Positions 55,901 through 64,000 of a stretch of DNA of 64,000 nt are shown in pieces; position 1 is the first letter of the stretch; the number at the start of each line of letters is the position of its first letter. The stretch comes from an uncultured Acidobacteriaceae bacterium. Its GTDB lineage: Bacteria; Acidobacteriota; Terriglobia; Terriglobales; Acidobacteriaceae. The stretch is from NCBI GenBank assembly GCA_963812685.1, contig CAWEWI010000004.1, forward strand, positions 650,220-714,219, read 5' to 3'. The notes under the pieces were generated by a model that ran no database searches, was not told the origin of the DNA, and saw only the letters and a program-made list of their open reading frames with translations. The position numbers were made by a program, and so were the translations under genes.

Positions 55901-57542
55901 GCAGCTGGATGACGCACGCCTCGCGCAGCGAATCGATCGGCGGATTTGTGACCTGCGCAAAACGCTGCCGGAAGAACGCATACACCGGCCGCGGCGTCCG
56001 CGCCAGCGGCGCGATCGGCGTATCGTCGCCCATCGACCACACCGCGTCCTTGCCCTCCATCGCCATGGGCTTCAGGATCATGTTCACGTCTTCTTTGGTG
56101 TAACCAAAGCCGAGCTGCAGCCGGTTCACTTCGGCGGGGTCAAGCGCTGGAATCGGGACGGCCGAATCGAGCGTCGCGTTTTCCAGCAACGCTTCGTACT
56201 CGGGCGCGCTTCGATCGAACAGCGCCTGCAACTCGTCGTCCTCATAGAAGACGTGGTTTTCCAGATCCGCCAGCAGCATCTGCCCCGGCCCCAGCCGTCC
56301 GCTATGCACGATCTTCTCGGGATCGAGATCCACCAGCCCCGCTTCCGACCCCGCAACGATCAGATGATCCTCAGTCACGAAAAACCGGCACGGCCGCAGC
56401 CCGTTGCGATCGAGTGCCGCGCCAATCAAATGCCCATCGGTGAACGACACGGCCGCTGGCCCATCCCATGGCTCGATGCAGTCGCCGTGATATGCCAGGA
56501 ACGCCGAATGCCGCCCCGTGTCCCCCGGCGGCATCACCATCCGCACCGCCTCGGCCACCGTGCGCCCGTTGCGCGCCAGCAGCTCGATCACCTCGTCGAG
56601 GCTCGTCGAATCCGACCCACTGGGCGTGAAAATCGGCCGCAGCTCATCCGGCAGCGTCGCCGCTCTGGCCGTCATGCGTGCGCGATTGCCCCAGATGGTG
56701 TTGATTTCGCCGTTGTGTCCCAGAATCCGAAACGGCTGCGCGCGATCCCACGACGGCGCAACATTCGTCGCGTAGCGCTGATGAAACAGTGCGAACGGCG
56801 TGACGAATCGCTCGTCCGCAAGGTCCGGATAGAACTCCGGCAACAGCCGCGCCGCACACATCGCCTTATAGATGATGGAAGAAGACGACAGCGAACAGAC
56901 GTAACCCTGCGCTCCGCTGCGCTCGAATTGTTTGCGCGCCAGATACAGCCTGCGGTCCCGCTCCTGATAGGTCCCCGGCGCGCGGTCCGTCAACAAGACC
57001 TGTCGGATGACCGGCAGTGTCGACGCCGCAATCTCGCCCAGAATTTCAGGGCCCGTGGGAACCTCGCGCCAGCCCAGAACTGAAAAACCCTGTGCCGCAA
57101 TAGCTTGTTCGAGCGCATGGACCGCGACCGAAGCCGCACCCGTCTCCGCGGCCAGAAAAACCATCCCCACTGCCAGTGGCTGCGAGGGATCGAGTGAAAT
57201 GCCGGTGGAAGCCAGCAGCATCTCGCGAGGGATCGCCGTATGGATGCCGATGCCGTCGCTCGATTTGCCGTCGGCGGCCACGGCTCCGCGATGCGCCAAA
57301 CGCGCCAGCGCGGTGAGTGCTTTCGCGAGAATGTCATGGGAGGGCTGGTTCTCGAGGGCAGCGACAAATCCGACGCCGCACGATTCAAAATCAAACCGTG
57401 GATCGATCAGGCTCTCACCCGAGCGGGCGCGCTCACCGGTGCTATCACCCCAGCGAACAAGTTCGCCGGAGACCCCGAATGTGGGCCGGGAGCCACCGGT
57501 CGACAGGGCCGGATCGGCACAATTTCTCGTTCCCATATCCAA
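52971..57542 (-). CDS. gltB: glutamate synthase large subunit
   Basis: Ntn Cys in FESCGVGFVA, GHNGEINT, the FMN/Fe-S central domain and the C-terminal GXGXG beta-helix repeats. The ORF starts at TTG 57542; ATG 57536 is more likely. No gltD is adjacent in this window. Confidence 0.95.
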   Translation of the reverse strand: MDMGTRNCADPALSTGGSRPTFGVSGELVRWGDSTGERARSGESLIDPRFDFESCGVGFVAALENQPSHDILAKALTALARLAHRGAVAADGKSSDGIGIHTAIPREMLLASTGISLDPSQPLAVGMVFLAAETGAASVAVHALEQAIAAQGFSVLGWREVPTGPEILGEIAASTLPVIRQVLLTDRAPGTYQERDRRLYLARKQFERSGAQGYVCSLSSSSIIYKAMCAARLLPEFYPDLADERFVTPFALFHQRYATNVAPSWDRAQPFRILGHNGEINTIWGNRARMTARAATLPDELRPIFTPSGSDSTSLDEVIELLARNGRTVAEAVRMVMPPGDTGRHSAFLAYHGDCIEPWDGPAAVSFTDGHLIGAALDRNGLRPCRFFVTEDHLIVAGSEAGLVDLDPEKIVHSGRLGPGQMLLADLENHVFYEDDELQALFDRSAPEYEALLENATLDSAVPIPALDPAEVNRLQLGFGYTKEDVNMILKPMAMEGKDAVWSMGDDTPIAPLARTPRPVYAFFRQRFAQVTNPPIDSLREACVIQLHTRLGPWPHVLGTKERLPGLSLSSPFLSLSQMESLHRRKHDLASNLPLAVLECVFNPACNLLTALDDLGSKAIELVRGGAAILLLTDRGCGEQAIPIPMALATGAVHHALIRVGERIRVGLAVEAADCRDLHHAAVLLGMGAGSICPWLALETARQLNPGQGEANLLHAFDLGLAKIMSKMGISVVDSYRGAHLFDCLGLSREVVERCFEGTPAPLGGIGFPELEASLREMWLGAQSGDAGGDAPEAGDSGGPLVTIAATKDLPDYGWIRFRKADKAEPHGWQPQTVRLLQTITGATKAATAAATDSAQAWGAFTTQAKEKEPAVLRDLLEVRAAAGPLPLVQVEPAENLYRRFIASAMSLGSLSPEAHQTITAAMNMLGGRSNTGEGGEDPAVYEPGAHLQVAGNSFPSELLNNKVKQVASARFGVTAQYAMHAEELEIKIAQGSKPGEGGQLPSHKVTELIARLRHAQPGVQLISPPPHHDIYSIEDLAQLIHDLRRINPKAAIGVKLVSECGVGVVAAGVAKAYADYIVIAGHNGGTGASPLSSIKYAGNPWELGLAEAQQVLIRNGLRGRVRLRCDGGLRTARDIVVAAMLGADEYAFGTAVLVALGCDMARQCHLNTCPTGIATQKPELRAKFRGKAEHLIRFFEGLAGEIRVLLAELGLPSLDAAIGRTDLLEQTRFDGCLDLGPMLAAPPDGGQAGVTHWQGKRNLRPEDHPPIDDAWVEPGVAAYKAGEPFLVDSLIANEDRTFGARLAGELAMLQSAGLTSHAPLIFRLTGEAGQSFGAFAVPGMQIILKGLANDFVGKSLSGGEIILRGQGRAALQPELHTILGNVALYGATSGALFAAGCAGERFAVRNSGALAVVEGVGDHGCEYMTGGLVAVLGATGMNFGAGMTGGEAWVFDEDGSFLAKQRYHAEFLTPEPYDTLDAEARASILGLVQLHGEKTASTRAYWLLSKWEELAPRFVRLTPKPQ

Positions 57543-57642
57543 CTATAACGGCCTTCCATTTCGTCCGCAGACGAATTCAGAAAATATCTCTGGAAATTTG
57601 TGACCAGCGTGGTGGTTACCAGCGGAAGCAACAGGCTCGCTC

Positions 57643-57693
57643 TTGACAAGTGCTTTCTTGCATATTTATACATCAATGCTGTATTTTTATACA
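57643..57693 (+). promoter_or_regulatory. argR promoter candidate with two tandem ARG boxes
   Basis: TTGACA (57643-57648), 18 nt, TATACA (57667-57672). Boxes TGCATATTTATACA (57659-57672) and TGTATTTTTATACA (57680-57693) have starts 21 bp apart. Both fit TGnAT-W4-ATnCA (ARG box core TGAAT-W4-ATTCA). Confidence 0.6.
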
Positions 57694-57761
57694 GAGTGAG
57701 GCGCGGCTGGCCGCTGGGCGGCTCGGCCGCCATTTTTTCGTGGGTTCGTTGGGGTTTTTAT

Positions 57762-58211
57762 ATGAGCAAAGAGCAACGGCACAACGCGATCCGGCAACTG
57801 GTGGCGGCGGAATCCATCCTCAGCCAGGACGAATTGCGCCGCCGCCTCGTGCGTCGCGGCTGTGCCGTAACTCAGGCCACGCTCTCGCGCGATATTCACG
57901 AACTGCGACTGTATAAGGGCCCGAACGGCTACCAGGCTCCCAACGGCAACGGCCACATCGAGGAGGAAGAAGAACAGCCCGCGGTTGGCGAAGTCCTCTC
58001 CAGCTTCGGCGTCGCCGTCCGCCAGGCGCAAAACCAGCTCGTTCTGCGCACCACCAGCGGCGGAGCGCAGCCCGTAGCGCTGGCCATCGACCACGAGGAG
58101 TGGCACGACGTGTTGGGAACGCTGGCCGGGGATGACACCGTACTGATCATCTGCCCCGACCCCAGGCGCGCGTCGCACATGCGCGAGAAGCTGGAGCGCA
58201 TGATCGGCTGA
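57762..58211 (+). CDS. argR: arginine repressor
   Basis: QDELRRRLVRRGCAVTQATLSRDIHEL (wHTH) and GTLAGDDTVLIICPD (oligomerisation/arginine-binding domain). ATG at 57762. Confidence 0.9.
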   Translation: MSKEQRHNAIRQLVAAESILSQDELRRRLVRRGCAVTQATLSRDIHELRLYKGPNGYQAPNGNGHIEEEEEQPAVGEVLSSFGVAVRQAQNQLVLRTTSGGAQPVALAIDHEEWHDVLGTLAGDDTVLIICPDPRRASHMREKLERMIG

Positions 58212-58213
58212 AC

Positions 58214-58240
58214 CACAGGGCTCAGAGCACAGGGCTCAGA
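58214..58240. repeat. tandem direct repeat, 2 x CACAGGGCTCAGA, with inverted partial copies at 58357-58368 and 58417-58424
   Basis: Read directly. The reverse complement CTGAGCCCTGTG occurs at 58357-58368, and GCCCTGTG occurs again at 58417-58424, overlapping a candidate argC GTG start. Confidence 0.85.
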
Positions 58241-58292
58241 AAAAACCGCAACGGAAAAGAATCGAGACGCGAAAAAGAGAGTCAAAGAGAAT

Positions 58293-59474
58293 TTGCGAAA
58301 AATGTCCGCCCCCAACTCAAACTCGACGACAAATGCCAGCTCCGCAAGCCGGAACCCTGAGCCCTGTGCGGAGCCTGCCCTGAGCGAGTCCGCGCAAGCG
58401 GGCGAGTCGAACGGGTGCCCTGTGCAGACAGCAGTAATGGGAGTGAGCGGCTACGCCGGCATGGAACTGGCGCGGCTCCTCCTGCGCCATCCGTCGCTGG
58501 CCGGTTCACCTCCGCTTTTCCTCAGCCGCCCCAACAGCACGCCTGAGCCGCTCGCCGCCGTGCATCCGCAGCTCATGGACAACAATGGCACCGGCCTTGG
58601 CGCCGGCGGCGTATCGATCGAGCCGTTCTCCTGGGACTTACTGAGGGCTGGCGGCGTCAAGATCCTTTTCCTTGCCACACCCCACGAGCAGTCGCGTGAG
58701 TGGGTGCCGCAGGCCCTCGATCACGGCCTGCGCGTCATCGACCTCAGCGGCGCATGGCGTCTGACTGATAAAAGCAACCGCGCCGTCTACCAATTTTCTG
58801 ACGAGGGCTCCGCCGTCGCTACGGCTGTACAGACCCAAGCCGTCTACGGCATGCCGGAGCTGCATCGCGACGAGATTCGCGACGCCGCGCTCGTCGCGAA
58901 TCCCGGCTGCTACGCCACCTCGATCATCCTGGCCCTCAAACCGCTCGCCGAAGCGGGCTGGATCGACCTCGACCGCGGCATCGTGGCCGACGCCAAATCC
59001 GGCGTCTCCGGCGCGGGGAAAGCGCCTACCGCGAACACACACTTCATGCACGCTGCCGACAATCTCTCCGCCTACGGTCTTTTCTCCCACCGGCACACGG
59101 GCGAGTTACTCGAGCAGCTGGGACTCAGCGAAGAGCAAATCGTCTTCACGCCTCATCTGCTGCCCATCCCGCGCGGAATTCTCGCAACCATATATATAGG
59201 GTTGAAAAACGCCAGGCAGCCGGGCGAGATCGAGGCTCTCTTTCGCGGCTTTTTTGCGGAGAGTCCGCTGGTGCGGGTCTTCCCTGCCGGCCAGCTTCCG
59301 CAGATTCAATACTCGGTCAACACCAACTACTGCGACATCGGGTTCCACCTCGCCAGCGACGGCCGGCGATGCGTGATCGTCTCCTGCCTCGACAACCTGC
59401 TCAAAGGCGCTGCCGGACAGGCGGTACAGAACATGAATTTGATGTGCGGATACCCGGAAGCGGAAGGGCTATGA
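58293..59474 (+). CDS. argC: N-acetyl-gamma-glutamyl-phosphate reductase
   Basis: GVSGYAGMELARLL (NAD-binding start) and the active-site PGCYATS. The ORF begins at TTG 58293, but the first ~43 codons are low-complexity. GTG 58422 (VQTAVMGVSGYAG) is a plausible true start. Confidence 0.9.
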   Translation: MRKMSAPNSNSTTNASSASRNPEPCAEPALSESAQAGESNGCPVQTAVMGVSGYAGMELARLLLRHPSLAGSPPLFLSRPNSTPEPLAAVHPQLMDNNGTGLGAGGVSIEPFSWDLLRAGGVKILFLATPHEQSREWVPQALDHGLRVIDLSGAWRLTDKSNRAVYQFSDEGSAVATAVQTQAVYGMPELHRDEIRDAALVANPGCYATSIILALKPLAEAGWIDLDRGIVADAKSGVSGAGKAPTANTHFMHAADNLSAYGLFSHRHTGELLEQLGLSEEQIVFTPHLLPIPRGILATIYIGLKNARQPGEIEALFRGFFAESPLVRVFPAGQLPQIQYSVNTNYCDIGFHLASDGRRCVIVSCLDNLLKGAAGQAVQNMNLMCGYPEAEGL

Positions 59475-59526
59475 GAATTAAAGCAAGAAGGCCTTCGGTG
59501 ATCACTAAGAAGAAGGGTTCTGACCT

Positions 59527-60309
59527 ATGAGATACGTAGTCAAACTCGGTGGCGCGACGCTGGAAAATCCCGAACTGCTGCATGAGTGCGCCAAAGGCAT
59601 CGCCGAACTGGTCAAAGATGGCAACCAGGTCGCCATCGTGCATGGCGGCGGACCGCAGCTCACGCGTACGCTCAAGCAGCTCGGCAAGCAAAGCGAATTT
59701 GTCTCCGGCCTGCGCATCACGGATGCCGAAACGCGCGACACCGCCCTCATGGTTCTCGGCGGCGGCGTCAACAAGGCGCTCGTTGCATCCCTCGGCGCGC
59801 ACGGCCAGCCCGCGGTCGGACTCTCCGGTGGCGACGGCCTCGTGTTTCGCGCACGCAAAAAGCGCACCGCTCCCGACCTCGGTTTCGTTGGCGAAATCGC
59901 TGCCGCCGACCCGCGCTGGCTCGAAGCCATCTGGCAGATGGGCGCCGTCCCCGTCATCTCTTCTATCGCTCTCGGCTTCGACGGCGAGTACTACAACATC
60001 AACGCCGACGAGATGGCCGCGGCCTGCGCAGGCGCCTGCAAAGCCGACGCGCTCGTCTTCCTCACGGACGTCCCTGGCGTCCTCGGCGCTGACGGCAGCG
60101 TCATGCGCTGGCTCTCCATCGACCAGATCGCCGAGCTCACCCGCGACGAAGTCGTCACCGGCGGCATGCTGCCCAAGCTCAGCGCCTGCCGCGAAGCTCT
60201 GCTCAACGGCGTCAAGCGCGTGCGCATTCTGCCCGCCGCCGTCGCTGCGTCGCTGCCCGACCTCTGCAGCAGCCGCATCAGCCACGGCACGGAGGTGATG
60301 GTCGCATGA
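59527..60309 (+). CDS. argB: acetylglutamate kinase
   Basis: [30 protein letters not shown]. Confidence 0.95.
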   Translation: MRYVVKLGGATLENPELLHECAKGIAELVKDGNQVAIVHGGGPQLTRTLKQLGKQSEFVSGLRITDAETRDTALMVLGGGVNKALVASLGAHGQPAVGLSGGDGLVFRARKKRTAPDLGFVGEIAAADPRWLEAIWQMGAVPVISSIALGFDGEYYNINADEMAAACAGACKADALVFLTDVPGVLGADGSVMRWLSIDQIAELTRDEVVTGGMLPKLSACREALLNGVKRVRILPAAVAASLPDLCSSRISHGTEVMVA

Positions 60310-61600
60310 GCAACGCTACGGCCACGTCGCCGCACCCCACTGAGAAGACCACCATGAAACTCGACGAAATAAAAGCTGCCGAGGGGAAACTTCTGCTCGG
60401 AACGTATGATCGCTACCCGCTTCTCTTCACGCGCGGCGAAGGCGTGCATCTCATCGACGAAAACGGTGTCCGCTACCTCGATCTCCTCAGCGGCATCGGC
60501 GTCAACGCCCTCGGCTACGCGCATCCCGCTATCGAAAAGGCGCATCACCGAGCAGAGCCGCAAGCTCATTCACCTCTCCAACCTCTATTACCACGAGGGC
60601 CAGGCCGCCCTCGCGCTGCGCCTCACCGAAGCCACCGGGATGGATCGGGCCTTCTTCGCCAACAGCGGCACCGAAGCCAACGAAGCCGCGCTAAAGCTCG
60701 CCCGTGCCTGGGCAAAGTTGAAGCGCGAACAGGGCACGCCTCTCGGCACAAAGTTCCTCGCGCTCGAAAACAGCTTCCACGGCCGCACCATGGGCTCGGT
60801 CGCCGCCACCTGGAAAGACAAGTACCGCGAGCCCTTCGATCCGGTGATGCCGGGGGTCGAATTCGTCCGCTTCAACGACGTCGATGACCTGAAAACAAAA
60901 TTCTCCAGCGAATTCTGCGCGATCCTCGTCGAGCCCATTCAGGGCGAGGGCGGCATTCGTCCGCTGTCCCGCGAATTTCTCCACGCTGCGCGCGACCTTA
61001 CCCGCTCCACCGGCGCGCTGCTCATCGCCGACGAGATTCAGTCCGGCATGGGACGTACCGGCAAATTCTGCGCCTACCAACATTACGGTTTTCTGCCTGA
61101 CGTCGTCACCCTCGCCAAGCCGCTCGCCGGCGGTATCCCCCTCGGCGCGCTGCTCTGCACGGAAGAGGCCGCGCAGGCCATCCACGCCGGCATGCACGGA
61201 ACCACCTTCGGCGGTGGACCCTTAGCGTGCGCCGTCGCCCTCGCCGTTCTCGACACCATCGAGCGCGACCACCTCATGGATCATGTAACCACCACCGGCA
61301 CCTACTTCCACGAACAGCTCGACCAGCTCGCCAAAAGGCACTCCGCCGTCACCGATGTCCGCGGCCTCGGCCTGATGCTTGCCATCGAACTCGACTCCGC
61401 CGACCTCGCCAAAACCGTCCTTGGCGCAATGATGCAGCGCCGCATCCTCATCAACCGCACCAGCGACACCGTTCTACGCTTCCTGCCGCCGTACATCGTC
61501 GAAAAAGAACACATCGACGAGGCCCTTGCCGCTCTTGACGAAATCCTGACCGAACAGCTGGCGCACACCGCCGCTACCCCAATCCCCGGAGGAAAGAAAA

Positions 61601-61611
<11 letters not shown>
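60306..61611 (+). CDS. argD: acetylornithine aminotransferase interrupted by a 1-nt frameshift; reads as ORFs 60306-60887 and 60406-61611
   Basis: The N-terminus ...[20 protein letters not shown] is in one frame. It continues as [20 protein letters not shown]...[14 protein letters not shown]...[12 protein letters not shown] in the next frame. The junction is at aaggcgcatcacc (about 60540-60544). The span of 1306 nt is a multiple of 3 plus 1. The ATG overlaps the argB stop (ATGA). Confidence 0.85.

Positions 61612-64000
<2,389 letters not shown>

Overview
High-GC (about 60%) bacterial chromosomal segment. The gene content and protein style (PadR regulator followed by a 'permease-prefix'-type membrane protein, P/Q-rich secreted proteins, an Anbu proteasome homologue) make me guess an Acidobacteriota-like organism; that is inference only. 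The window is mostly core housekeeping. It holds a PAS-GGDEF-EAL protein, ftcD-like formimidoyltransferase, yebC, rpsO-pnp, RNase E, rodA, tRNA-Val(TAC), uvrB and a divergent katG/oxyR pair. It also holds an F1Fo ATP synthase cluster (b', b, delta, alpha, gamma, beta, epsilon; no a/c genes here), hfq-hflX, gltB and an argR-argCBDFGH cluster that runs off the 3' edge. Accessory content is small: a vapBC module, an Anbu/transglutaminase pair, a GYD protein and a few hypothetical secreted proteins. I see no CRISPR array, integrase, transposase, prophage or obvious defence island, and I cannot point to a convincing new multi-gene system. The observations I rate highest are these. (1) Single-nucleotide frame disruptions recur in conserved genes (a glycoside hydrolase, a MATE transporter, atpF, argD), and the GGDEF-EAL ORF has no stop for about 1 kb. 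(2) A minimal divergent Anbu-transglutaminase locus sits next to a 450-bp structured non-coding region with an orphan terminator. (3) Two tandem paralogous small secreted His/Asp/Arg-rich proteins lie against oxyR-katG. (4) RNase E carries a roughly 500-aa low-complexity insertion inside its S1 domain, and PNPase carries an Arg/Gly-rich tail. (5) OxyR-type and ArgR-type operators are readable, and a repeat system lies between argR and argC. Many long ORFs in the track are antisense shadows of real genes.
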